From positions 128,001 through 192,000 of the forward strand of contig CAVTBR010000001.1 in the NCBI GenBank assembly GCA_963733055.1: 64,000 nucleotides of DNA, written 5' to 3'. The position numbers and the translations under genes were made by a program. A model generated the notes under the pieces. The model was not told the DNA's origin and made no database searches. It worked only from the letters and a program-made list of their open reading frames with translations. Of this stretch, positions 20,514-30,632 are shown in pieces; the first letter of the stretch is position 1, and the number at the start of each line of letters is the position of its first letter. Origin of the DNA: Candidatus Bathyarchaeota archaeon (lineage in GTDB: Archaea; Thermoproteota; Bathyarchaeia; 40CM-2-53-6).

Positions 20514-20668
20514 AGTCTACTGTCCTCCAACTTGAACTAGAAACGGTGTCATCTAGATTCACGGAATAGGTCAAGGGACGCAGGAAGTTAGTCAGTAAGG
20601 TTAGAGCGGCTAAGGGGCTGTGTTAGCTGAAACTGCTCGGGCTCCGAATGATTGTTGGCCCTCAAACT

Positions 20669-20695
20669 TTGCTCATCCCTTAGTTTATTGAGCAA
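20669..20695. promoter_or_regulatory. Inverted repeat TTGCTCA-N13-TGAGCAA upstream of the cupredoxin gene
   Basis: Perfect 7-bp arms in intergenic DNA about 70 nt before the start. Confidence 0.4.
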
Positions 20696-20762
20696 GTGCG
20701 ATCAAATCTAGTCAGAGAGTTATGCCGCGTTTCAAACTGAGAAATGGGCGAGGTCAAGTTGC

Positions 20763-21254
20763 TTGCCGAGAAGGCAGTTCGCAGCGCTGAGTATAGCGAT
20801 TATAGCAGCCGTAGCGTTAGTTGCGGTAGGATTTGTTTTCTACGGCAATCTGATTCCGACTAATCCGAATGAAGTAGTTGTAGTCATTGTTAATGGGGCC
20901 AGCGTGAACGCGAGTTTGGGATTCGAACCGTCGAGCATCACGATAGTGATTGGAGTCAACAATACAGTGGTCTGGAAGAACGAGGACTCGGATGGGCATA
21001 CGGTCACAAGCGACATTCCCGAGTTTGACTCTGGTATGGTTCCACCAGGCGGCACGTTCACCCATACGTTTCTGCGGGCTGGAACTTACCCCTATCACTG
21101 CGACCCACACCCATGGATGACTGGAGTGGTTATTGTGAAGGCCGCTACAACGACGGGCATAGTAACAAACGGGATGTCCGAACCAGGGCAGCAGCTTACC
21201 CTCACATCCTTGAACACGATATGCGTCGAGGAATTGGGAGATAGAATTACATAA
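20763..21254 (+). CDS. Membrane-anchored plastocyanin/halocyanin-like cupredoxin
   Basis: N-terminal TM; HTVT and YHCDPHPWM type-1 Cu ligands. Confidence 0.92.
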   Translation: MPRRQFAALSIAIIAAVALVAVGFVFYGNLIPTNPNEVVVVIVNGASVNASLGFEPSSITIVIGVNNTVVWKNEDSDGHTVTSDIPEFDSGMVPPGGTFTHTFLRAGTYPYHCDPHPWMTGVVIVKAATTTGIVTNGMSEPGQQLTLTSLNTICVEELGDRIT

Positions 21255-21287
21255 AGCTCCGAGCGATAAACTCCCTCCAGTGAGAAC

Positions 21288-21629
21288 GTGCGCGACGAAG
21301 AGATCGACAAGAAGCGATTACCGTCAACTCTCCAAGAATTCATCGAGAGATATCCAAAGGTATGGTCTGCCCATGAGAATCTAGGATTGGAGTGCAAACA
21401 AGCGGGTCCGTTGAGCGAGAAACAGATTCAACTCATCAAGATTGCCATTACTGGAACTCTGGCGCTCGAAACGGCATTCAAAACGCACGTGAAGAAAGCG
21501 GTGGAGACTGGTGCGTCGAAGGATGAAATCGAACACGCAATAATCCAATTACTACCAATTCTTGGAATGGGCCGGACGATGATGGCAATGAAGTGGTATC
21601 AGGAATCACTCCGCCGAAAACCAACCTAA
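21288..21629 (+). CDS. Carboxymuconolactone decarboxylase (CMD/AhpD-like) family protein
   Basis: GPLSEK..QLIKIAI..HVKKA...GAS.DEI.HA; no CxxC. Confidence 0.85.
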   Translation: MRDEEIDKKRLPSTLQEFIERYPKVWSAHENLGLECKQAGPLSEKQIQLIKIAITGTLALETAFKTHVKKAVETGASKDEIEHAIIQLLPILGMGRTMMAMKWYQESLRRKPT

Positions 21630-21656
21630 TACTCCCATCCTGGTTGCCGCTTCGAC

Positions 21657-22538
21657 ATGCAGAGAAAAAACCCTGTAACGATCTTCGTACTCGGGACGAG
21701 TGGTTCCGGCAAAACTACTACAATCGAGTACCTAACGGCACGCCTTACGAACCTAGGCATTCATGTTGGCGTCATCAAGCACATTCACAAGGGCGGTCTA
21801 ACCCTGGACACCCAAGGAAAGGACACATGGCGGCATGCAAAAGCAGGGGCAGAAATTGTTGTTGCCGTAGCCCCCAGGGAAGTTATGGCATTCAAGAGGA
21901 CATCGGCTGAAAATAACCTTGCCAATGCAATCAAGAGTTCGCTTACCGAGCCCATTGATGTTCTCTTCCTGGAAGGGTTCTCAACTGAAGCAACAAAACA
22001 CTCTTACAAGATCGTCACAGCACGCGACGCCACCGACCTCAAGTTTACGTTACGTAAGACCCCGCCTCCAATTCTCGCTGTGACTGGACTCGTGGCGCGA
22101 AGTTCGAACCGGAGACTCATGGCACTTGATCTACCCTCCCAAGGTGCCACGCTAACCTCCATCATCCGCCGCCTGCTCAGACCTTCTGAGTTGCAACGGT
22201 CATTGATGGGGGCGTCGAAAGACCACGGAGGTAAATGTGTAGGACTGGCAGTAGGGATGCGAGCCAGCTATCTGGCATCAAACATTCTCGGCGACCTATC
22301 CTCAAGCGGGGGCACGTTCGGAACAAAACACTGCATCGTGGACGCGTTTAGGTACATGTATCCGAAACTGAGGATCAAAGTGCCGAACAAACGGAACGAG
22401 ACGATCACAATTAAGAAGGAAGACGTTACTCTGTCAATCCGGTTGGCGCCCAAAAAGGAATACAAACGCCCTGAAGAGGTCCTAGACGTCCCGGACGACG
22501 AGTTATTTGAATCCGTAATAATCGTTCAGAGACACTAA
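21657..22538 (+). CDS. mobB: MobB fused to an FmdE/FwdE-like domain
   Basis: GTSGSGKTT, VIKHIH, GKDTWRH..AGA, LEGF; C-terminal HGGKCVGLAVGMRA...HCIVDA. Confidence 0.85.
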   Translation: MQRKNPVTIFVLGTSGSGKTTTIEYLTARLTNLGIHVGVIKHIHKGGLTLDTQGKDTWRHAKAGAEIVVAVAPREVMAFKRTSAENNLANAIKSSLTEPIDVLFLEGFSTEATKHSYKIVTARDATDLKFTLRKTPPPILAVTGLVARSSNRRLMALDLPSQGATLTSIIRRLLRPSELQRSLMGASKDHGGKCVGLAVGMRASYLASNILGDLSSSGGTFGTKHCIVDAFRYMYPKLRIKVPNKRNETITIKKEDVTLSIRLAPKKEYKRPEEVLDVPDDELFESVIIVQRH

Positions 22539-22543
22539 GTAGA

Positions 22544-22833
22544 TCAGTCTCTGATATCTTTGACGATTTCCGCTTTTGTCTTGCCTTCGGTGCTTATTCC
22601 CAACGATCTTGCGGCGACTATTAGCGGCTCAGGAGAAGACGCCCCGGTTCTGGCGTTGATGTTGATGGTAGAAGGTAACTGGAAGGTGAAGCCATTCCTT
22701 TGGAGGCCTTTTCGAACTCGCGCTTCGCCAAAGCCACTGATCTAGCCATCTCAGGAAGCTTTTGGGGCCCCCATAGGAATACGACTACTATTACGACCGC
22801 AACGGCGATTGCTTCGAATCCTACTAAGGCCAT
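22544..22833 (-). CDS. tatA: Twin-arginine translocase TatA; -1 frameshift, probably in the G-run at 22642-22645
   Basis: TM-LWGPQKLPEMARSVALAKREF; the alternative frame gives a typical tail LIVAARSLGISTEGKTKAEIVKDIRD*. Confidence 0.85.
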
Positions 22834-22842
22834 GTTCACAAC

Positions 22843-24259
22843 TCACGCGGTCGATGGTGGCGCGCTGTTGAAGATTTGTTCATAAATTTCAGCCTGCCTA
22901 CACTTCGGACAGAGCCTGATCACATCTTCGCTGCTTTCGATCATGCCAGAAACCTTCTTGAACATTTTCATGGAGATGTATGGAGTCTTGCATCTCGTAC
23001 AAGGAACCAGTTCATCTTTGTAGACAGTTTTTGTTGATAGCATGATTGGCCCATCCATTTGGGACAGCGTTATGGCATGTTCCGGACAGATTCTTGCGCA
23101 ATATCCACATCCTGTGCACTCTTCCGATGTGAAATCAAGTCTATCCTGTTGGATTGCGAGGGCTCGGTGGGGGCAGGATTCTACACACGCGTAACAGAGT
23201 GTGCATGAGTCGGCTATGTCCATCGTTGTTAGTTCCAAGCCTGATGCTTGTGCTTGCCTCTTTGATATCGATTCTAGAGAGACGACATAATCCTTCCACG
23301 CACTTCCCGTTGGGCTAAATGACGTGTCACGGGCTCGAACGGATTTGTGAATCTCGTTCATCTTCTCCAGCGTCAAGCGTTCCCTCGACGTAGGCCACGA
23401 TGGGCCCGTGTTCATCTAGAATTGATGAGACCTGGTTTGCTGCACGCTTTGCGTTTTCTTTGGCAGCGCACAATCCATCTGCGCAATGGACTAACACCGC
23501 ATCCAGTGAGGAATTCGCAGCCAACGCGAGTTGCCTGACACCCATGACTCCAACTCCTGGCACCTCTTCTACAACAGTCCACGGAGGCGGTGTTATGCTT
23601 CGTTTGTCACAGGTTACTATGAGCGTTTTCGTAGGCGCCGAAGAGGACCGTATTGCCGTTAGCAAGCCACGATAGGCGTCTTCTGAGAATTGTGGAATCT
23701 GGATAGCTGCCACCGGGCAGACACCCGCGCATAACCCGCACCTTATGCAGGCCTCACTCGAAACAGTTACCGAATCAGATTCGATCTTCAGAGCACCGGG
23801 CGCTGGACATGCATCAACGCACTTCGAGCAGCCGAACTTAGCTTCGCACGACTCGTCTACTACGATCGGTGTGTCGCTTGGGCTTGGAGAGTTGCCCCGC
23901 AATGGTAGGAAAAGAAGTTCTCGTCTTGAGATAACTTGCTTGCGCGGAGCCTCTCTCTTCGCGAATACCTTGTCTGACTTCGTGAGTCTGCCCAACTTTG
24001 CATCTACTAAGAAGAGTGCCTCCTCTAACGTAGCCGTCCTCTGCACCACGATTGTTTCCTTTAGAGGTGCATCTATCTCCCGTGTCGACGGTGACGCGTT
24101 TCTTATCAGGAGCACGGCTTGGGGGTCAGTGTCTGAGGAGAAATTGATGTTGTTGGTTTCGTCGTAGACGACTGCTTCGCTCCAATTGGAACGAATGTGC
24201 GCCGCTATATTCTCTCTGAGTGCCGGTTCCAAATCAGTAATGTAAACGGTCGCCCTCAT
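22843..24259 (-). CDS. Polyferredoxin (multi-4Fe-4S) protein; frameshift near 23375
   Basis: CSKCVDACP, CIRCGLCAGVCP, CTLCYACVESCP, CTGCGYCARICP, CTRC..CPKC spread over ORFs 23327-24259 and 22843-23415. Confidence 0.8.
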
Positions 24260-24897
24260 TCGGAGCTGCTTCCCAGGTAATCTGATTCATTCTTGAGGAA
24301 TGATTCCAATAATCCTGCTGCTGCACGGTAGAAGGATGAATTTGTCGATTTAAGAACGCAGTCTGCAAACCTATCAACCCAATTTTCGAGGTGTTCCTTT
24401 AGAAATTCCTGTTCCATCTTCCTTCTTCTTGCGGATTCTTGCGGGTTACCTTGCTGAATGGATTTGAGTTCCTCCGCGCAAAGAAAATGCATGAATTCCA
24501 TCTCGACGGCTATGTGGTCTGGCAAATCGCTGAAATTCTTGGGAAGTACAAGGCCCGCTTCTGCATACTTGTGTCGTACGTCGGCGGCCGACGGACCCAT
24601 TACCAGCCCCTTCTCCATTATCGGCCTGTCCTGCCGGTATACGGATTCGTATGGAGGACATGGAACCTTTCCTGGGCCGACGAACAATCTAAGATGTTCT
24701 TTGCTGAGGTTCTCTGTGGGCAGGTCCGGCTCTTTGGGAGCGGGCTGGTCGTTTAGGTGCAGCGAATGGTATGCTTCTAAGACAGCCTCGTATAGCCGTC
24801 CGGATTCCGTTCTTGGAGTAGAGAAGGCAAGGGTGAGTATACCGTACACGTTAGCTCTGAACTCGCTCTCTTCGGTTACTTTAAGACTCATCGTCAC
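24256..24897 (-). CDS. TorD/DmsD-family Mo-enzyme maturation chaperone
   Basis: LFVGP..PPYESVY..PDHIAVEMEFM..FLKEHL..W. Confidence 0.93.
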   Translation of the reverse strand: MTMSLKVTEESEFRANVYGILTLAFSTPRTESGRLYEAVLEAYHSLHLNDQPAPKEPDLPTENLSKEHLRLFVGPGKVPCPPYESVYRQDRPIMEKGLVMGPSAADVRHKYAEAGLVLPKNFSDLPDHIAVEMEFMHFLCAEELKSIQQGNPQESARRRKMEQEFLKEHLENWVDRFADCVLKSTNSSFYRAAAGLLESFLKNESDYLGSSSE

Positions 24898-24933
24898 CCT
24901 GCCCCCTGTTTCTACGATAATGTAACCCGTGGG

Positions 24934-25230
24934 TTACGGTAGTATAAGCGAGCCTATGGATGTTATCACGACGAAGACAGCGAGGTAGCCAACTATGAGC
25001 AACACCAACCATATGACGTAGTTCTTGAGGTGTAGCGTGTTTGCGAGCGCTGCCGAGAGCAGCACAATTATTCCCAACAACCAGAGTAGCGGTGCCCAAA
25101 GCACTCCTGTGCTTGCGAGTGGGATTGTCACTACGGGATTCGTTGAGTCTCCCAAGACCCAAAGCGCGACGCCAGCAATTACCAACAGCAGACCGAGGAG
25201 GCCGATTGCGATGGTCCTACCACTTGTCAA
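24934..25230 (-). CDS. Small 3-TM membrane protein inside the Mo-enzyme operon
   Basis: Three hydrophobic helices; 3 nt after the NrfD gene. Confidence 0.75.
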   Translation of the reverse strand: MTSGRTIAIGLLGLLLVIAGVALWVLGDSTNPVVTIPLASTGVLWAPLLWLLGIIVLLSAALANTLHLKNYVIWLVLLIVGYLAVFVVITSIGSLILP

Positions 25231-25233
25231 CTT

Positions 25234-26553
25234 CTATTCCCTCACAACATCCAATTCGATGATTGGAAACATTTTGACGAATAACACATACAGTAGAGCT
25301 GCCATCCAGAAAGTACCCAAGATGATGGATGCTTCGGTTACCGTTGGAATGTAAATGCCGGTTTGATACAGTGGTGGATTGAGTAGCGAGGGTACTACAA
25401 TTGTGAATCGTTTTATCCAGAAAGCGATGTTCAGAATTATTGATGCAACAAAGGTTAGCGTGGCGCTGAATGTTCGTTTCGCGAAGACCGGTTTGAGCAG
25501 GATTATTGCAGGTATTCCAAATCCTATAATTGCCATCGGCCAGAAGATTATGGCGTAGGGGCCGCTCCACAAGAAGTCGGAGACTTTCAGTTCGTCAGAT
25601 GGGCCCATGTAGCTTGTCGTTAGTACTTCCGCGATCCAGAGGTAGATGTATATGATTAGCACATTTCTGAGAGCCCACGAGATTCCTCTCAGGACTTCAT
25701 CAGTGATCAATGACTGCCATTTGTAGAGCCATCTGAATATCCACGCCAATGAGTAAACTGCAGCGACACCGCTAACGATTGCGCCGACTACGAAGTAGAT
25801 CGCGAATATCGTGGAGTACCAGCCTGATCTTGCAACCATTAGGCCGAAGACGAAGGAAACGACGCTGTGTACGGTGACCATTATTGGGATGATGGCGATT
25901 GCAAGCCACCACAAGGTCTGCGTGTGTCTCGCTTTGTCGGTTTCAGTTCCTTCGTAGTGCATGGCTAGGCGTTTGTAGAACCATTCCCGTTTCGGTAGCT
26001 TGTGAGCTAACTCGTCTATGTCGCCTCGTAAGCTGAGGTAGAGGTAGACGATTGTTGCCATGAAATATGTTGTAATTGCCGAGAGGTCCCATAGTAGGGG
26101 AGCTTGGAATCTGCCGAACTGTAGCAGGTTGAACAACCTATCTGGCCGTCCTACGTCAAAGACGATTGATAGTGCCGCCATCGGTAGTGCTACTAGAGTT
26201 AGAACTTCAGCCATTCGCACGACGACCTTGTACTTGTTTAAGCTCATGAGCCTGACGGAAGCTGAGATTGCTATTCCGGCGTGGCTTATTCCTATCCAGA
26301 AGATGAATGTGGTAACGTAGATGCCCCAAGGCGAACCACCGGCAACCCCATATGCCATGTAGTTGGGTGCGTTGTACACGCTACGCATACCAGTCACTAT
26401 GAGTCCTTCGCTTAGTTGTAGGTACCAGCAGTACAGGAACCACCCGGTTAACACCAGCAGGGCCCCGACGAAGACGTAAAATGCCGTACCTGTCGTGAGA
26501 AGCGGCTGTAGAAGCGACTTTTCGTCGACTTTCACGATGGAACCCTTCTTCAA
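25234..26553 (-). CDS. NrfD/PsrC-family membrane quinol-oxidising anchor
   Basis: PWGIY.TTF.FWIG.SHAG, DVGRPDR, PLLWD, VHSVVS, KRF.IVVP. Confidence 0.93.
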   Translation of the reverse strand: MKKGSIVKVDEKSLLQPLLTTGTAFYVFVGALLVLTGWFLYCWYLQLSEGLIVTGMRSVYNAPNYMAYGVAGGSPWGIYVTTFIFWIGISHAGIAISASVRLMSLNKYKVVVRMAEVLTLVALPMAALSIVFDVGRPDRLFNLLQFGRFQAPLLWDLSAITTYFMATIVYLYLSLRGDIDELAHKLPKREWFYKRLAMHYEGTETDKARHTQTLWWLAIAIIPIMVTVHSVVSFVFGLMVARSGWYSTIFAIYFVVGAIVSGVAAVYSLAWIFRWLYKWQSLITDEVLRGISWALRNVLIIYIYLWIAEVLTTSYMGPSDELKVSDFLWSGPYAIIFWPMAIIGFGIPAIILLKPVFAKRTFSATLTFVASIILNIAFWIKRFTIVVPSLLNPPLYQTGIYIPTVTEASIILGTFWMAALLYVLFVKMFPIIELDVVRE

Positions 26554-27218
26554 GTAGCGCTTACCTCCTGAGGCCTCGTAGGATTACGAGGTGGAATGTA
26601 ATACACGGAAGGCTCTGTGCCTAACTCTTCGCGAAGCCTGGTTGTGGGTCTCGTTTGGATTATTTGTGAGACTTGGCTGTTCGGGTCGTCGAGGTCGCCG
26701 AAGAAACGTGCGCCCGCAGGACAAACTTCTATGCAAGCGGGTGTGAGGTTCCCTACGTCGACTCTCTGGAAGCAGAACGTACACTTTTCGGCAACGCCAA
26801 CTGGTCTCACGGGAACCGCTGGATTTCCTAGCTGGAATTGGGAGTTGGGTGGGGCTTGGACTGGAGGCTTCCAGTTGAACGCGGGGATACCGTATGGGCA
26901 GGCGACTAGGCAGTAACGGCAACCGATGCACCTGTCCCAATCAAGGAACACAATCGCATCGTCGCGTTTTCGAAGGGCGCCTACTGGGCATACCTTAACA
27001 CAAGGCGCGTTGTCGCAGTGTTGACAATTGATCGGCAGATAGGTCATTCTTACATCCGGATAAGTGCCCGAAGGCGTGTCCATCTCTTTACCACCGGTAG
27101 TTAAGATACGGTTCCACCATATCCCGATGGGCTCGTTGTTCTCCGCTTTACAGCCGAGGGCGCATGTCCAGCAACCTAAGCATCTGCTCAGGTCGATTAC
27201 CATCGTTAGTTTTGTCAT
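26550..27218 (-). CDS. Four-cluster Fe-S subunit (DmsB/NrfC type)
   Basis: CLGCWTCALGCK, CQHCDNAPCVKVCP, CIGCRYCLVACPY, KCTFC..PACIEVCP. Confidence 0.95.
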   Translation of the reverse strand: MTKLTMVIDLSRCLGCWTCALGCKAENNEPIGIWWNRILTTGGKEMDTPSGTYPDVRMTYLPINCQHCDNAPCVKVCPVGALRKRDDAIVFLDWDRCIGCRYCLVACPYGIPAFNWKPPVQAPPNSQFQLGNPAVPVRPVGVAEKCTFCFQRVDVGNLTPACIEVCPAGARFFGDLDDPNSQVSQIIQTRPTTRLREELGTEPSVYYIPPRNPTRPQEVSAT

Positions 27219-27229
27219 TTCATCTCACC

Positions 27230-29725
27230 TTATGATTTTTTCACTTCTGCCAGACAATCGTAATATGCGGTGTTAGATTGGAAGAGGAACACGACGGATT
27301 GTGCGGGGTTAATTTTCTGGTGCGTGAGCATGTTTACTGTAGCGGTAGGGAATTCTTGCCAATCGCCTTGGTATGCGTTGATAACCCCAGGTCTGATACC
27401 ACTGGTTACTCGAGCTAGGATCTGAATTGAACCACGATCGTTGAACACCGTCACCGTATCGCCGTCATTGATTCCCCTAGCTTGAGCGTCAATCGGGTTT
27501 ATTTCAACAAAGGACTTGGGAATGATTTCTCGGAGCCATGGTAAGTTGTCCCATTGAGTGTGAGTTCTGAACTTTGTATGCGCCGTCAGGAAGACGAGCG
27601 GATATTTTTGGTAGAGTGGATTAGTCGGCGAAGCTTCAATCGGTTCATTGTAGATTGGGAGAGGCATTGAGTAAGGGACGAGGGATTCAGTGTAGAATTC
27701 TATTCTTCCTGACGGGGTAGGGAAGTGTTGTTGGTAGTACGGGACGTATGGAAGCGTGATGGGTTGGAATGAAGCGGTTCCAAAGTCTTTGGGTGTCAAT
27801 GCGACGACTCCTTCGCTCTTCAACGTATCCAACGTTAAGCCGGATGGAAGGCCGCTGAGCAATAGGCTAAGGTAGTCGTCGGGGGTTTTGTCGAAGTAGT
27901 TCCCCTGTCCCATCTTCTGGGCGACCTCGGCGAACATGTCAAGGTCGGATTTGCATTCCCAGAGTGGGTCGATTATTTTCGGCATGTACTGGAAGTAGTA
28001 GTTGCCTCCAGGGAGCATGTCCTCTCTCTCGTATTGCGTGGCGCATGGGAGAACTATGTCGGCGTACTGAGCCGTCGGACTCAGGAACATGTCTGAGACT
28101 ACGACGAAATCAAGCGCCTTTAGCGCCGCGATCGTGCGATTGGTATCTCCCTGTTGGTTGACGAAATTGTCTACTGGGAACCAAGCGGCTTTGATCGGGA
28201 ATGGTTTGCCTGTTTCCACCGTGGCGCAGAACGAAAGTGGAGGAAGGTACGTGTACGCCTTCTTGTCGGGGTTCAACCAGTCAGGAAGATCTAAGGCAGC
28301 ATCGAGAAGAGCGCCGTTGTAAGTTGTGACGCCTCCGCCATGTATTCCTATGTAGCCGCATATGGCGGAGAGTGTTATCATGGCCCTGTAGGTCAAGTCG
28401 CCGTAGTACCAATGTGATATTCCTCCGAAACCCGCTTTGATTGCCGCGGGAGACCTGGTCGCGAATTCCTTCGCGAGGTTCTCGATTGTGGACGCAGGGA
28501 TCCCCGTTATTTTCTCCGCTTCCGAAGGGGGGTACTGGCTCACCAAGTCGACGAGCAATTGAAAGGCGGGTTTGCACGTGGTTCCCGCAGCGGTGAATGA
28601 GCCTGCAAGAGCGGGGGTTATGCCGCTTTGATCATAAGGTACAATTGATTTGCTATTCGAATCATATACCATGTACTTAGTTGAGCTTCCGGCCGTCACC
28701 ACGTCTTTTTGCCTGAGAAAGAGCTGCGTATCTTGACGAACCAAGAATGGAGCAACGGTGTAGTTCGTCACATAATCTACATTGTGGAGCTGCTCGTTTA
28801 TGATCACATTAATCATGCTGAGCGCTAGCGCCCCGTCGGTTCCGGGACGAATGGAAATCCACTGGTCGGAGAGAGTTGCGGTAGAGGTGAATCTTGGGTC
28901 GATGTTGACTACTTTCGCTGTTGTGCCGTTCGGGTTCAGCTGGGTTACTCCTTCGGAGGTAATGGTGCCTTCTCGTGCGTCGAGGACGAATCGCATGTCC
29001 GGCACGTCAGTTTCTGCTAGATTGTTCCCCCAGAGGATGATCATACGTGAATTTCGTAAATCTGAGAGATCGTGACCGTCGAACGATCCTAAGATCTCAT
29101 TTGCGCCACACGGGCTAGCCGAGTCACCCTCATTGTCTCCTTCAAAGTCCCCGGCGCTCGCGCCTATCACACTCGCGAACCTGTAACCGGCGCCGATTAC
29201 CCCGTTTAACGCGGAGAGGCTTCCCGTGTAAGGTGCGATGTAGACCGCCGTCGGACCATACTTCTGGGCGGTTTCCATGAATTTGGTTGCGATCGTGGTT
29301 GTTGCTTCATCCCACGATATCTGTTCCCACTGCCCACTTCCGCGTGGGCCGACGCTTTTCATGGGATACTTCAGTCGGTCCGGGTGGTAGACGTATTGAA
29401 TGTTAGAGATCCCGCGCAAGCACACTCTTGGCGGAAAATTGGGGTCGTTGAATGTCGCGTTACTTATCCTCGTAATGTTACCGTCAATCACCGTAACCGA
29501 TAACCCGCAGGACCCGTCGCAATTGTTGCAGTGCGCGGTTCTGAAAATCTGAGGTATACTGCTCGCGTTGGCGAGCGGAATCTTGGACGACACTCGCTGT
29601 AAAGCGTTCAGAACAATACCGTCTGAAGATACTGAGCCGTATGCAAATAGCCCGCCCGTGATTGCAGATAGTTTGAGAAAGTCTCGTCGATCCAGTCTAG
29701 GTCCTGAATTCCTAGGTTTAGCCAA
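27230..29725 (-). CDS. Tat-exported DMSO-reductase-family molybdopterin catalytic subunit (substrate unknown)
   Basis: DRRDFLK Tat signal; HCNNCDGSC..CLRG; RLKYPM..ISWDEA; PGTDGA; ADIVLP; H.Q; V.VFNDRG. Confidence 0.95.
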   Translation of the reverse strand: MAKPRNSGPRLDRRDFLKLSAITGGLFAYGSVSSDGIVLNALQRVSSKIPLANASSIPQIFRTAHCNNCDGSCGLSVTVIDGNITRISNATFNDPNFPPRVCLRGISNIQYVYHPDRLKYPMKSVGPRGSGQWEQISWDEATTTIATKFMETAQKYGPTAVYIAPYTGSLSALNGVIGAGYRFASVIGASAGDFEGDNEGDSASPCGANEILGSFDGHDLSDLRNSRMIILWGNNLAETDVPDMRFVLDAREGTITSEGVTQLNPNGTTAKVVNIDPRFTSTATLSDQWISIRPGTDGALALSMINVIINEQLHNVDYVTNYTVAPFLVRQDTQLFLRQKDVVTAGSSTKYMVYDSNSKSIVPYDQSGITPALAGSFTAAGTTCKPAFQLLVDLVSQYPPSEAEKITGIPASTIENLAKEFATRSPAAIKAGFGGISHWYYGDLTYRAMITLSAICGYIGIHGGGVTTYNGALLDAALDLPDWLNPDKKAYTYLPPLSFCATVETGKPFPIKAAWFPVDNFVNQQGDTNRTIAALKALDFVVVSDMFLSPTAQYADIVLPCATQYEREDMLPGGNYYFQYMPKIIDPLWECKSDLDMFAEVAQKMGQGNYFDKTPDDYLSLLLSGLPSGLTLDTLKSEGVVALTPKDFGTASFQPITLPYVPYYQQHFPTPSGRIEFYTESLVPYSMPLPIYNEPIEASPTNPLYQKYPLVFLTAHTKFRTHTQWDNLPWLREIIPKSFVEINPIDAQARGINDGDTVTVFNDRGSIQILARVTSGIRPGVINAYQGDWQEFPTATVNMLTHQKINPAQSVVFLFQSNTAYYDCLAEVKKS

Positions 29726-29786
29726 CGCGAATACCTAACCCGAAGGGACGCGGAGAATGCGTTAAGAGACCTCTGCACTCATTCTA

Positions 29787-29839
29787 CATACGACTATGTT
29801 CTAGTACCGACGGTAACACAACCCATACGAATTTGTTGT
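29787..29839. promoter_or_regulatory. Two degenerate direct-repeat boxes (CATACGACTATGTT / CATACGAATTTGTT) upstream of the Mo-enzyme operon
   Basis: 37-nt spacing; each resembles the CKAA-N4-TTMG palindromes at 31188 and 31944. Confidence 0.4.
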
Positions 29840-29990
29840 GCAATTTGTTTGAAATAGTTACCGCGTGGAAGCGCACACAACGGCAACCGAATCGTAGTCG
29901 GCCCGCAACTTGAACTCTCGAGAAAAATAGAAGAAGCCGTATCTTGAATGAAACTATGATGACCTCGTCACCGCCAGGCAGGCACGGAGT

Positions 29991-30614
29991 ATGAGTTCAC
30001 CCCACAAAATAGGCGAAGGGCTAGGGGCAGTAATCCTCGCGGGCGGCAAAGCAACTCGGCTTCCCAACAAATGCTTGAGGTCAGTTGGCGGGAAGGAACT
30101 CGTTCTCCACGTTTTCGAGAGAGTCTCAATGGCAGTTTCGGAAATTGTGGTAGTCGGAAAAACCGTCCAGGACGTTATCCGCCTTCAGCAAGTCCTCCCC
30201 GCCGGTCAAATTATTCACGATGACTCGTTGGCCCAGAGCCCTTTGGTAGGCTTACTCTGCGGATTGCGCGCACTTCGGACCGAGTATGTGTTCGCAGCTG
30301 GTTGCGACATGCCTTTGCTAGAGCCGCAAATCATTCGCTCTCTTCACGCCAAAGCCTTAGGACAAGACGCCGCCATTCCATACTCGAACGGAAAACTCGA
30401 ACCATTATGCGCCGTCTACAAACGAGCTAGCGCTGTGAATGCTGCTTCAAACTGTCTACAAGGTAAACGTACGAGCATCCTAGAGATGGTCAGAGAGCTG
30501 AGGGACATCATCCGGGTTAGCAAGGAGGATCTTCGAAATCATGACCCCCGCCTCCTGAGCTTCATTAACATAAATACCGAGGATGACCTGAAAAATGCGG
30601 AAGCGTTCCTATAG
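29991..30614 (+). CDS. mobA: Molybdenum cofactor guanylyltransferase
   Basis: ILAGGKATRL.NK, PL.GL, GCDMP, EPL.AVY, NINTEDDL. Confidence 0.93.
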   Translation: MSSPHKIGEGLGAVILAGGKATRLPNKCLRSVGGKELVLHVFERVSMAVSEIVVVGKTVQDVIRLQQVLPAGQIIHDDSLAQSPLVGLLCGLRALRTEYVFAAGCDMPLLEPQIIRSLHAKALGQDAAIPYSNGKLEPLCAVYKRASAVNAASNCLQGKRTSILEMVRELRDIIRVSKEDLRNHDPRLLSFININTEDDLKNAEAFL

Positions 30615-30632
30615 CAACGCGATCCACAGCAG

